From a bacterium UBP6_UBA1196 (GTDB taxonomy: Bacteria > UBP6 > UBA1177), in contig DBYC01000090.1 of NCBI GenBank assembly GCA_002310035.1, forward strand, positions 1-44,560: a stretch of DNA of 44,560 nucleotides, given 5' to 3'. The position numbers were made by a program, and so were the translations under genes. The notes under the pieces were generated by a model, which was given only the letters and a program-made list of their open reading frames with translations, was not told the DNA's origin and ran no database searches. This document shows, in pieces, positions 1 to 9,586 of the stretch. Each line of letters starts with the position of its first letter. Positions within the stretch are counted from its first letter, which is position 1.

Positions 1-537
1 AAACTCGCCGAAACTCCGGCACTTTTCCGAGAGATAAACAATCCTGAAACTTTTCTTCTTGTTCCAAAAGTCAGTTCTGAAAGAAGGTTGTATATTCCTA
101 TAGGATTCTTCGACAGTGAAATCATTTCAACAGATTTAAACTTCATCGTTTCCGATGCTACGCTTTATCATTTCGGTGTTCTAACTTCATCCGTTCACAA
201 TGCTTGGATGCGTGCGGTCTGCGGAAGGTTGAAAAGCGATTACCGTTATTCGAAAGATATTGTCTACAACAACTTTCCGTGGTGCAATCCAACAGACACG
301 CAGAAAGCAAAAATCGAGCAGACAGCGCAGGCAATTCTCGATGCCCGCGCAAAATATCCTGATTCATCACTTGCCGACCTTTACGATGAAACTACGATGC
401 CGCCGGATTTGAGAAAAGCCCACAAAGAAAACGACAAAGCCGTTATGGCAGCTTACGGCTTTAGTCAGAAAATGAGTGAATCAGAGATTATTGCCGAGCT
501 TTTCAAAATGTATGAAAAGCTGATAAAAAAGAAGTGA
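1..537 (+). CDS. 3' part of an MmeI-family (type IIL) restriction-modification enzyme: end of the target-recognition domain plus C-terminal domain. Truncated by the window edge.
   Basis: Frame 1 is open from base 1 (KLAETPALFREINNPETFLLVPKVSSERRLYIPIGF...GRLKSDYRYSKDIVYNNFPW...ILDARAKYPDSSLADLYD...AHKENDKAV), a typical MmeI-like C-terminus. It is closely similar to the end of 24694-27681. Confidence 0.9.
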   Translation, partial: KLAETPALFREINNPETFLLVPKVSSERRLYIPIGFFDSEIISTDLNFIVSDATLYHFGVLTSSVHNAWMRAVCGRLKSDYRYSKDIVYNNFPWCNPTDTQKAKIEQTAQAILDARAKYPDSSLADLYDETTMPPDLRKAHKENDKAVMAAYGFSQKMSESEIIAELFKMYEKLIKKK

Positions 538-591
538 GATTTTGCACATACCGGAATTGCTGCTTTGCTCTTACACACGAATACTACGAAT

Positions 592-619
592 TTGACAAAT
601 TCCGATATTTAAGCATAGT
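592..619 (+). promoter_or_regulatory. Putative sigma70 promoter for the pssA-namZ-hflX operon
   Basis: TTGACA (592-597), 16-bp spacer, CATAGT (614-619). RBS GAGG precedes ATG 665. Confidence 0.5.
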
Positions 620-664
620 TTTCCGATTTTTTTGGACTTTTAACAACTTGTCAATGAGGTTTTT

Positions 665-1435
665 ATGCTGAAGGAAAATCCGAAGATACTCATTCCCAAT
701 TTTTTTACCGGAACAAATATGCTTATCGGTCTGGTTTCGATTTTTTATTCGATAAGCGGAGATTTTATCAACGCGGCGTGGCTGATTCTTCTCTGCACGG
801 TCATGGACAAACTTGACGGTACGACAGCACGGCTTTTCAAGGCTTCGAGCGATTTCGGCGTAGAATTCGACTCGTTTTCCGACTTCGTTTCGTTCTCGCT
901 TGCTCCGGCAGTTCTTGTTTTTTCATATTTCAGCAAAGAGATGCCGGGCGGAAAGATTCTGGAACATCCCTACTTTGTCGCCATTGTTCCGCTTTATGTC
1001 ATTTTCTGCGCAGTGCGTCTTGCCCGTTACAATTCGTATCAGAGCGAGGATCACGACTATTTCAGCGGTCTCACTTCGACCATGTCTGGCGGACTGATTG
1101 CGCTTTACATGGTTTTTGCAATCGAGAATCCTGATTTTAAATTTCTTCTTTCGACCGATATTGTTGCCGGAATGATGCTGATCCAGGCATGTCTCATGCT
1201 GCTTCCGTTCAAATATCCGAAAGTAAAATTTCCGAAAAACAGGATCGCGCGGGTTTTCGGTGTTTCTTTTTTCCTTTTCCTGTGCTGTCTGATTTTCATG
1301 CGGAAACTTCCGTGGCTGATCTACATTTCTGGAATCATGTATGTTGTCATCGGAGTTCTCAAAACACGCAAAATCGCTGTTTCAATCAATAATTCGGCTG
1401 ATTTCACTCCTGAAAAACAGGAGGAACAGAATTGA
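665..1435 (+). CDS. pssA: CDP-diacylglycerol--serine O-phosphatidyltransferase (CDP-alcohol phosphatidyltransferase family)
   Basis: IPNFFT..N start, family motif DKLDGTTARLFKASSDFGVEFDSFSDFVSF, RLARYN, hydrophobic multi-TM profile. Confidence 0.85.
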   Translation: MLKENPKILIPNFFTGTNMLIGLVSIFYSISGDFINAAWLILLCTVMDKLDGTTARLFKASSDFGVEFDSFSDFVSFSLAPAVLVFSYFSKEMPGGKILEHPYFVAIVPLYVIFCAVRLARYNSYQSEDHDYFSGLTSTMSGGLIALYMVFAIENPDFKFLLSTDIVAGMMLIQACLMLLPFKYPKVKFPKNRIARVFGVSFFLFLCCLIFMRKLPWLIYISGIMYVVIGVLKTRKIAVSINNSADFTPEKQEEQN

Positions 1436-2607
1436 CTTTGCGCAGAAAACTGCTTCAGGGAATAGACACTTTCGATTATTCCATTCTCAAAGGAAAAAAA
1501 GTCGCCGTCATCGCCAATTTTACTTCGATTGACAAAAACGGCGTCTCGCTGATTGAAAAAATGCAGAACTACGGCTTGAACATCACCGCGGTCTTCAGCC
1601 CAGAACACGGATATTTTCCAGTCGCCCAGGACATGGAATGTGTAGGAACAGAGAATAAAATCAACAACATACCTGTTTTCTCGCTTTACGGAGCATCCGT
1701 TGAAACGCTGTCGCCGAAAAATGAACTTTTTGACCTTTTCGATACGGTTGTTTACGACATTCAGGATATCGGTTCGCGTTATTACACCTACCTTGCGACA
1801 CTTGCGATGTTCATGGACAAGCTGCAGGAAAATCCGCGCGAACTTATCGTTCTTGACAGAATGAACCCGATCGGCGGAAAATTCGAAGGCTCGCTTCTCG
1901 ATAGTGGAAACTACAGCAGTTTCGTAGGATATGTCCCGCTTTTTCACCGTCACGGCATGACTTCAGGAGAGATCGCGCTTTACTACTACAACTTAAAAAA
2001 ATACGATTTCCCCTTGAAAATCGGGAAACTTCAAGGCTGGAAGCGTGATTCTTACGCAGACGAATACGACTATTCGTGGCTTCCGACTTCACCTAACATG
2101 CCCACTCTCGACACTGCGATACTCTACCCCGGCGGCTGCCTTCTCGAAGGGACCGAACTTTCTGAAGGACGCGGCACAACAATGCCTTTCCTTCTTGCCG
2201 GAACGACCGGAATTGACCCTTTCAAACTGAAAAAGGAACTCGATAAAGAAAATATCCCTGGGATCACTTTCATTCCGATGGAGTTCCGCCCGATGTTCCA
2301 GAAACAGTCGATGAAACGCTGCGGAGGAGTTTACATAGCCCTCACCGACCGCGAAAAAGTCAAACCGCTCAGGGCCTACATCTCGATAATCCAGGTTTTC
2401 CGCAAAATGTTGGGAGACAACGGATTTTTCAGGGCAAAACCTTATGAATTTATTGATAAAATTCCTGCGATCGAACTTCTTTTGGGTGACCGGACGCTTA
2501 TTGACATGTTCTACAACTTCGCTCCTGCCGGTGAAATCGATTCGTATTTAAAGAAATGCGAAGAAAATTTTGAAGAACAATTCAAAAAATTCAGGATATA
2601 CGATTGA
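1432..2607 (+). CDS. Exo-beta-N-acetylmuramidase NamZ / DUF1343 (YbbC) family
   Basis: FSPEHG, YDIQDIGSRYYTY, LDRMNPIGG, HGMTSGE, SPNMP and SEGRGT motifs. TTG start overlaps the pssA stop. Confidence 0.88.
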   Translation: MTLRRKLLQGIDTFDYSILKGKKVAVIANFTSIDKNGVSLIEKMQNYGLNITAVFSPEHGYFPVAQDMECVGTENKINNIPVFSLYGASVETLSPKNELFDLFDTVVYDIQDIGSRYYTYLATLAMFMDKLQENPRELIVLDRMNPIGGKFEGSLLDSGNYSSFVGYVPLFHRHGMTSGEIALYYYNLKKYDFPLKIGKLQGWKRDSYADEYDYSWLPTSPNMPTLDTAILYPGGCLLEGTELSEGRGTTMPFLLAGTTGIDPFKLKKELDKENIPGITFIPMEFRPMFQKQSMKRCGGVYIALTDREKVKPLRAYISIIQVFRKMLGDNGFFRAKPYEFIDKIPAIELLLGDRTLIDMFYNFAPAGEIDSYLKKCEENFEEQFKKFRIYD

Positions 2608-4007
2608 TTTTCAGCCAGGAACAAGTTCTTAAGATCATTAAGGAAAATCCTTTAAACGCAATAAAATTGATGTTTCTTTCAAAAGGAGCTGTCACACATA
2701 GCACGATTTTTGTCTCGAACTGGGATCTTTTCGATTTTCTGGAGAAACTCAAAGCCTCGAACGACTTTGATACGATCCTGATTGCGGCAAAAAGCGCCCC
2801 GAAAATAGTTGAAATCAGGAGTTTTATGGATGGGCTTCTTCTGCAGGATCTGGCTTTAGTAGAACATGATGATGAAAAAATCCCTGAAAATATCACTCTT
2901 TTTTATAAAACTTCTTCAAAGATCCAGAAAATTTCAAGCCCTTTTTTCCTTTTCAAAGAACCTTCGAAAAAAGAGATCACCGATAACCCGACAGCCGCGT
3001 TTTTTTCGTCCGAAAGCACCGCGTCAGCTATCGCCGAGAACATAAAACTTGCCGAAGACGCCGGATTTTCAATAACAGAATCGTTTGTAGTCTCGGCACA
3101 GTCTCTGAAAAACGGCACAAACCGCATTTCGGAGCTTCTTAAAACCGCGACAGAAGTGGAAAACATAATTCTCTTTTCCGATACAAGTGCATCGTTTCTT
3201 TCAAAACTCGAGAAAGCTACAAATCTGACGGTTCTTTCACGCGACGACCTCATAATTTCGATATTCAATGCCAGGGCCGAGGGAACCGGTGGAAAACTCA
3301 AGCTCGCAAGCGCCGTCGTAGCGAAGGAAAAGGCAGCTTTCCGCAATAAAATAACAGGTTTGAGCAGAATAAAAGGTGGAATCGGCCTTAAAGGTCCCGG
3401 AGAAACCAAAGAAGAAGAGCGGAAACGGATACTCAAAAACAAGGAAAAAAATGTGCGGAAACAGCTTGAAAACGAGTTCTCGCGCCTTGAGTTCCAGCGC
3501 AAATTCAGAAAAAGAAGCCGTATAGCGACCGTCGCGATCGTAGGATATACGAACGCAGGCAAATCGACCCTTTTCAACGCGCTTCTCAACGAGGAGGCAA
3601 CAAAGGAAAGCGACAGATTTTTCAGCTCGATCGACCCTAAAATAAGAAAGTTCAGTCTCTTCGGAAAACCTGTTTTTCTCCTCGACACTGTCGGATTCAT
3701 ATCGAACATGTCAAACGACATAACAGACGCATTCAACGCCACTTTTTCTGAGATCGCCGCGTCAGACCTGATCCTCCACATCATCGACTCCACAGAAAAA
3801 GGATGGGAGGAGAGAAAAAAATTCGTCGAGACGCTCCTCACAGGAAACGGCTGCGAAAAACGGAACATTGTCCCGCTCCTTTCAAAAAAAGGAAAAATCA
3901 AGATAAAACAGCCTCTGAGAAAAGGCTTCTTCTACGATGCTTTTGATCCAGAAGACATCACAAAAATCAAAAAATTCATTTTTGACAGACTGAGTGAAGA
4001 GGAATGA
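2604..4007 (+). CDS. hflX: HflX-family GTPase, divergent, with N-terminal extension
   Basis: GGIGLKGPGETK, G1 VGYTNAGKSTLFNAL and G3 LDTVGFI. G4 is atypical (LLSKKG). Confidence 0.82.
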   Translation: MIFSQEQVLKIIKENPLNAIKLMFLSKGAVTHSTIFVSNWDLFDFLEKLKASNDFDTILIAAKSAPKIVEIRSFMDGLLLQDLALVEHDDEKIPENITLFYKTSSKIQKISSPFFLFKEPSKKEITDNPTAAFFSSESTASAIAENIKLAEDAGFSITESFVVSAQSLKNGTNRISELLKTATEVENIILFSDTSASFLSKLEKATNLTVLSRDDLIISIFNARAEGTGGKLKLASAVVAKEKAAFRNKITGLSRIKGGIGLKGPGETKEEERKRILKNKEKNVRKQLENEFSRLEFQRKFRKRSRIATVAIVGYTNAGKSTLFNALLNEEATKESDRFFSSIDPKIRKFSLFGKPVFLLDTVGFISNMSNDITDAFNATFSEIAASDLILHIIDSTEKGWEERKKFVETLLTGNGCEKRNIVPLLSKKGKIKIKQPLRKGFFYDAFDPEDITKIKKFIFDRLSEEE

Positions 4008-4018
4008 ACAGCATAAAT

Positions 4019-7000
4019 TCACTTCAACTCAACTGTTCGCGAAACACTTTGTGAACAATTTACTTTTGCAGCCATTTTGTTGTTGCATTTTTTGCAGTCA
4101 GACATAGTAAAATTCGTCGCGCACCACTCCGATGTTTCACCCAAAGAATCAAGATATGTCGCCGATTCAGCACTGCTTACGGAACTGTCAGACTTGACAT
4201 CGAATGTTTTGCCACAGTTATAATTTATACGCAGGCTGGTGTCAGCTGAAAAAGAGTGAGTCCTGACAACACAATAATGTCCGCATTCCTCCTCGTCGGA
4301 ATTCCAGCCGTCGTCTTCTTCCCTGTGATAATGAAGCGCTGATTTATAAAAATCGAAATCACCGGTGACTTTGAATTTGCCGTCAGTGATTTTATCGACA
4401 GAAACAGCGCTATCCAAAAGAGTGCTGCCGCCGCAGAGCGAGGGATAGTAAGCCGTCAGATTCAGAGTGTAGTCGCTGGAAGCGAGACATTTGGGTTTAG
4501 TGTAATTTATTTCCAGCGCACCGTTCTTATAGCTTATTTTCGCGTTGTCGGCCTTTTCATCCGATTCAAGAAGGCAGTAAAGGTATGCCTTTTTTGAAGA
4601 ACTCTGCGTAAATGTTCTGGATACGGTCGTGTTGTCAGCAAATGTCACCAGCGCCTCCATTTTTCTGTATTGACCAGTTCCCATATTCAGTTCCGCCAGA
4701 CTTCCTGAATATATGCTGCTAAGCGAAGAGACTGCCCCGCCGAAAAGATCTGTGGTAAAAGACTTTTCCACAATCTGATATTTCGTATTATCCTGCAGAA
4801 CTCCGTTCAAATAACGGCCGTACAGGTTAAGCTTTATTTTCTTGATTTCAGCTATTCCGCCTGAACCGGCTACAACCTTGACCTTGAATGTTCCGTTTTT
4901 CCGCAGGAACTGCCCTTCGACTGGTTCGAGCGTCAGAGAAAGGTCCTGTGTGTTGAAATACTTGAATTCGGCCGAATCTGTTCTTGTGGTTGCAGCGGAT
5001 CTGCTGACGACCGTGACTGTGTAATAACCGCTGCCGGGAAGATCGGACGGATTGATCATGACCGCGTTCCGGCATATGCTTGAAAACGCCGTATCGCCCT
5101 TTTTGGTTATTCTGCATTCATATTCGACGCCGCTTTTTTCTTTCCATGTCACATCAAGACGCCCTTTATCCGTGACAAAACGGTCGACTGTCAGATTTAT
5201 AGGTTCCGTAACCGACATATCCATTTCGACAGGTTCGCTCACTTCGACATAGTTGCCGACCTCGTCATAAGCTCTGATCCGGATATTGTTGAGTCCGTTC
5301 TCGCTCCCTTCCAGATTGCAGTAGAACTTGTTGCAGGTACCTTGATTATTTTCAGAAAGCGATTCACTATTAGGAACATAGCTGCAGTATTTGAACCATC
5401 CGGTCCGTGTATTCTGGATTATGACCTGCATGTTTCCCGGCAAGGAGTAGTTATCGGTAAAAGTAAGAAGAATCTGAGGCTGATACTGGCCCCATACCGT
5501 AAAAAATTCGGATGCGGAACAGTTGGCTAAACTAAGGCATGGTTTCCCGACAAAACCGTTTGAAGAACTGTCGACGCACTCCTTAAAAACAGACTGTTCC
5601 TCGTCAAACCCCCAGTAAAACGGCGGCTGGGTATCGATGAAAACGGAACCTACCGATTCGGAAAAATCCCCGTTGGCACAGTTGCCCACCTCATCGCATG
5701 CTGAAAGATAGGCTTTACACTCCACAAGGTTAAAATCTCCTTCAGGTTTTAGCAGATTTTCAAAAGAAATGGTTTCGTCAGCCGCAACGTACGGTCTGGT
5801 ATACTGGGCATTCTGAGTCTGGAGCCTGTCCTGACAGACAATTTTTACACTCCACAGGTATACATCATCGTCAGGATTGACCAGAGAAACATTGAAATTA
5901 TTCTGATTCGTGACATTGCTGCCGAAAAGGATCTTTCCGTTTGACTCGACCCTGATGACAGGAAGTTCCGGCGGCGTGCCGTCAACTTCGAATCTCGCTG
6001 AAACTGTTGAAAAATTTCCCGAATAATCGAATGCCGAAACAGTGAAAATATAGATCCCGTCAACTTTATCTATCCGCCCTTCCGCAATAGCATTGCTGAC
6101 CGCATTTACAAATTCCGCGCCGTCAAAAACACACTCTGCTTCACCGCATTCAGCCGGAGTGTACGCAAAAATATCCGTTTCAGCATCGGCCTCTTCCTTC
6201 GACAGAACGGAATAGATCTTTTTTATTCTGTTGTCAGAGACATTCCATGAAACCAGAACATCATCAGGTCTGACGGGAACTTCAGGAACATTGATGGCAA
6301 CAAACGGCTTTTTGTCATCCAGAAATCCAAAGATCTCTTTTTCAGTAGTGTTGAAAGCTATATCCTGAGCAGAGACCGAAAAAGGAATCTTTTTCTCCAT
6401 TGGAGGCTGCCCTTCGTCCGAATATTCAAGCAGGAAAGCGAATTCTGTTTCCGAACCGGAAAAACCGCCGGGCGGCATATCAAGCGGATCTGTCTTTTTT
6501 ATGCTGAACAACAGGTTTCCGTCCATACTTTTCACGCTGACAGAATTAACATCTATGAAATTGCCCTCATGCGGAACCACCTTGAATTTCAGCAGAAAAG
6601 CTTTGGCGAAGTAAGGAATGATTCCTGCACCGAGATCATATTCGCTATTTTCATCTTCACCCTTGCCGTAATTTCCGAGATAGCCTACTATTTCCGTCGT
6701 TTCGGAACTCTTGATTTCAAAAAGATCCGTAAAAACGAACGAATTTATCTCGACCCCGGTCCAGTCTATCGGAACGATATCGCTTCCTGCAGGAAACAGG
6801 AACTGATCAGTATTCGAAGAAATCGTATTGACAATGTTCCCGAGCTGTGTGAATCCGGTATCATTGAAACCGCTCGCAAGAAACCGTTTTACCGAAAGGG
6901 CATAATAATATCGGAAAAAATTGGAATCGAGTTCCGATCCGCCGCTTTTTTCGCCGAAACTGAGCTGCGTCCCGCCGTTCCTGCCGTCAAAACTCAAATC

Positions 7001-8962
7001 CCTGTAATCTTCATCCAGAAGCTGCAGCACCCTGACAATGTTATACTTTCCGTGTTCGCTACCAGTCTTTGTCTCCCAAAAGTACGCCAGATATTCCATA
7101 CCGGCCAGAAGAGCGTAGTATTTTGTCGCGTTGTCAAAAGATTTTGTGTTCAAAGGTTCTTCATTCCACTCAAAAGAATAACTTAAATGTTTTGACAAAT
7201 GCTCCTTAGACTGTTTGTAAAGCTCATCAGGCGGAACATCGCCCTTTCCGCTTCTTGCAATGAAAACATACGATTCCACTGTGGTAAGCGGAGTAACAAC
7301 AATATCTTCGTCAGAAACAGGTCTGTATACCGCGGACAAAGTGCCGTTAAAAATCCTCTCTTCCTCACTGTTGTCCGAGACAACAGGCCTGTATCTGCCG
7401 CCGGAAACAGAAAAGCGGCATATTTCACCTAGTTTGACAGGAATGCCGCGATCGGCAGAAAATGTCTCTTTAGCGGTTTTGTCATAGAAATCACCGCCGC
7501 ATGAAACCGAGATACTGCCGATATCGGAAAGCTGATTCGCTATATAGGCCTTAACATTGACAAGAACGGTGTTTTTCACAAAAAACGGAAAAGAGACCTT
7601 GTATTTCATGCCATTCACCCCGGCAGAGCATTCAAGGATGTTTTTCCCGTCAGGCAGTTCCTCGGTATTCACAACGGTTTTATACTGATATGCCGCACTG
7701 CTGCTGTCCGCCGCAGGCAAGCCGTTGACTGAACATTCCAGATCTTCCACCGCATAAACCTTATGTGTCGCCTCGACTTTGATGTCGATCGTGTTTCTTG
7801 CCGGATTTTCTTCGCCGGCACAGGAATTAAGAGTGCCGTGTTCATAAAAATAAGCCACGACTTCAGGCATTTCATTGTTTATAAGTATCGATTTCTCTTC
7901 AGCTTTAACATCAACGCCGTTGCTGGCTTCACACCGGATCAGAGCGGTGGCGCCGTTTTCCATGCTTTCAGAAGAAAACGAACCTTTGAAAAAGGCGTTT
8001 TTTTCATCTTTGTCGGCAATTTTCACGCCGTTCACGGAACAGTTTAATAACACCACGGATTTTTCCGGCCTTGCCGCAGCCTCTACAACCACTGTGCCGC
8101 CCAGATATTCGCTTTCCGCTCCTTTCATCCCTTCGCGGTATGCCTCGATCTCTATTTCGACCGAAGTTTTTTCCCCTTTTCCGTCTCCGAGAAAGGCCGC
8201 TTCTGAATTTCTGATTTTCCCGCTCCACTCCTTGACTTCCGACACGGAAAAACGGTCACTGACAGAACTCAGGGCATCAGCGACCGTTCCTTTCATAACA
8301 GCCGCATTGATCTGCATAGTTCCGAATATGGAAGCTGTCGAACCGTTTATAACGCTGTCGTCACCCAGATCCGCTGCAAGGAGATCCAGCAGAGTTTCCG
8401 TGGAAAACTGCGTCTCCGCAGCGGTCTCGTTGGCTTTCGAGACACTTTCCGCAATTCTGGCAAAGGCCTGCTGCCAAAGATAACGCTTCGTAGCATCTGT
8501 AAGACTGCTCTGAAGTTCCGGAAAAACATCACCTGAAATGCCGAGATATTCGAACCACTCTTTCCTTGAAGTTTCAGAGTCGTATTTTTCGATAAAAGAG
8601 GAAAGAAAATCTACGGTAACTGTCGTTTCGGAATTTTCGCCGATCTTCACGCTCCTTTCGGTGCACCCGTTCCACGCGACAGGTTCCGCAGAAGAAACAA
8701 GATCTATCGTTCCGCCGCATACTTTGACGTTAAAATCCCCGCTTTCCTGAATGGAAAGGAAAGTGTATTCCCCTTTTTCATCGGTTTTCCCGGAAGCGAC
8801 AGGCGATTCACCGCGGAAGATTCCGACTTCCGCATTTTTCTGAAGCGATCTGACAGTGAGATCGAACTCGAGAATACCGTTATCGGGCCTTTTGCCGTCG
8901 CATGAAGATGCAAAGAGGCAGAGAAGTGCAGCAATAAAAAACAGAGAGCGTTTTTTGTTCAT
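4019..8962 (-). CDS. Giant (1647 aa) lipoprotein with a duplicated N-terminal module, Ig-like beta repeats and a Cys-rich C-terminus; putative adhesin, last gene of the T4SS operon
   Basis: Probable start MNKKRSLFFIAALLCLFASSC (lipobox) at 8962, ATGA-coupled to the upstream gene. Ig-like boundary motifs include A.DIAFN, DDKKP, AFDYSGN, VDGTPP, DEVGN (twice) and IDTQPP. Confidence 0.75.
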   Translation of the reverse strand: MNKKRSLFFIAALLCLFASSCDGKRPDNGILEFDLTVRSLQKNAEVGIFRGESPVASGKTDEKGEYTFLSIQESGDFNVKVCGGTIDLVSSAEPVAWNGCTERSVKIGENSETTVTVDFLSSFIEKYDSETSRKEWFEYLGISGDVFPELQSSLTDATKRYLWQQAFARIAESVSKANETAAETQFSTETLLDLLAADLGDDSVINGSTASIFGTMQINAAVMKGTVADALSSVSDRFSVSEVKEWSGKIRNSEAAFLGDGKGEKTSVEIEIEAYREGMKGAESEYLGGTVVVEAAARPEKSVVLLNCSVNGVKIADKDEKNAFFKGSFSSESMENGATALIRCEASNGVDVKAEEKSILINNEMPEVVAYFYEHGTLNSCAGEENPARNTIDIKVEATHKVYAVEDLECSVNGLPAADSSSAAYQYKTVVNTEELPDGKNILECSAGVNGMKYKVSFPFFVKNTVLVNVKAYIANQLSDIGSISVSCGGDFYDKTAKETFSADRGIPVKLGEICRFSVSGGRYRPVVSDNSEEERIFNGTLSAVYRPVSDEDIVVTPLTTVESYVFIARSGKGDVPPDELYKQSKEHLSKHLSYSFEWNEEPLNTKSFDNATKYYALLAGMEYLAYFWETKTGSEHGKYNIVRVLQLLDEDYRDLSFDGRNGGTQLSFGEKSGGSELDSNFFRYYYALSVKRFLASGFNDTGFTQLGNIVNTISSNTDQFLFPAGSDIVPIDWTGVEINSFVFTDLFEIKSSETTEIVGYLGNYGKGEDENSEYDLGAGIIPYFAKAFLLKFKVVPHEGNFIDVNSVSVKSMDGNLLFSIKKTDPLDMPPGGFSGSETEFAFLLEYSDEGQPPMEKKIPFSVSAQDIAFNTTEKEIFGFLDDKKPFVAINVPEVPVRPDDVLVSWNVSDNRIKKIYSVLSKEEADAETDIFAYTPAECGEAECVFDGAEFVNAVSNAIAEGRIDKVDGIYIFTVSAFDYSGNFSTVSARFEVDGTPPELPVIRVESNGKILFGSNVTNQNNFNVSLVNPDDDVYLWSVKIVCQDRLQTQNAQYTRPYVAADETISFENLLKPEGDFNLVECKAYLSACDEVGNCANGDFSESVGSVFIDTQPPFYWGFDEEQSVFKECVDSSSNGFVGKPCLSLANCSASEFFTVWGQYQPQILLTFTDNYSLPGNMQVIIQNTRTGWFKYCSYVPNSESLSENNQGTCNKFYCNLEGSENGLNNIRIRAYDEVGNYVEVSEPVEMDMSVTEPINLTVDRFVTDKGRLDVTWKEKSGVEYECRITKKGDTAFSSICRNAVMINPSDLPGSGYYTVTVVSRSAATTRTDSAEFKYFNTQDLSLTLEPVEGQFLRKNGTFKVKVVAGSGGIAEIKKIKLNLYGRYLNGVLQDNTKYQIVEKSFTTDLFGGAVSSLSSIYSGSLAELNMGTGQYRKMEALVTFADNTTVSRTFTQSSSKKAYLYCLLESDEKADNAKISYKNGALEINYTKPKCLASSDYTLNLTAYYPSLCGGSTLLDSAVSVDKITDGKFKVTGDFDFYKSALHYHREEDDGWNSDEEECGHYCVVRTHSFSADTSLRINYNCGKTFDVKSDSSVSSAESATYLDSLGETSEWCATNFTMSDCKKCNNKMAAKVNCSQSVSRTVELK

Positions 8963-9585
8963 ACTTTCCCCCATGAATAATAATTTATAAAGAATGTTGC
9001 TCCGAAAAATCCGAACAGATCCAGAGAATGGTCGTGAGGTGACCACTTGTAGAGCAGCTGCGCCGACAGAATTATCCATTCCCAGACTCTGAACTGGAAA
9101 TCGACTCCTGCGGCAACGACACCGTTAACTTCCGCATAATCCTCTTTTTTATAACCGGCAAGAGTCAGTCCTCCTTCGGCGACGAACTCGATATTAGAAA
9201 AAGTTTCGACTTTGAAACCGCCTCCGGCAACGAGATGCGGTGAAAAAAATGTCCCGGGGAAAAGATTGTATCGCAGAAGAACAAGCATCTGGACTCTCCA
9301 GTAATCGAAATACTCTTTCCCTGAAATCTCCTGAAAAACAGATTTTCTCGAAGTGTCACCGACTCTGGTAAAAGAAGGCTGAAGACCGATGTCAAAATTG
9401 TCGCTCAGACCGAAAAAGAAGTTCAATCCGGCGTTCCAGCTTGCATAAACAACAGTCGTCCTGTTGTCAGTCCGAAGCGAAAAAGGAAAGAATCCCCCGC
9501 CGCCGATATTTATCTGGATCTCCCCTTCTTCCGCATAAATATTGAGAAAAAACAGCATCATGAACAAAACGGCGATTTTTTTCAT
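8959..9585 (-). CDS. Outer-membrane beta-barrel protein (about 8 strands) in the T4SS operon
   Basis: Signal peptide MKKIAVLFMMLFFLNIYA. Alternating aromatic/Gly strands (FSPHLVAGGGF, AGVDFQF, LFGFFGATF). Confidence 0.7.
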   Translation of the reverse strand: MKKIAVLFMMLFFLNIYAEEGEIQINIGGGGFFPFSLRTDNRTTVVYASWNAGLNFFFGLSDNFDIGLQPSFTRVGDTSRKSVFQEISGKEYFDYWRVQMLVLLRYNLFPGTFFSPHLVAGGGFKVETFSNIEFVAEGGLTLAGYKKEDYAEVNGVVAAGVDFQFRVWEWIILSAQLLYKWSPHDHSLDLFGFFGATFFINYYSWGKV

Positions 9586-9586
9586 G

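Noticed and set aside
2903-3901. 332-aa minus-strand ORF
   Set aside because: Entirely antisense to hflX, with no motifs; shadow ORF.
8963-9079. Longer starts in the ORF track (also 11748, 16228, 34620, 36005, 38956, 43422)
   Set aside because: Downstream starts have an RBS, signal peptide or ATGA coupling. The extensions overlap neighbours or promoters.
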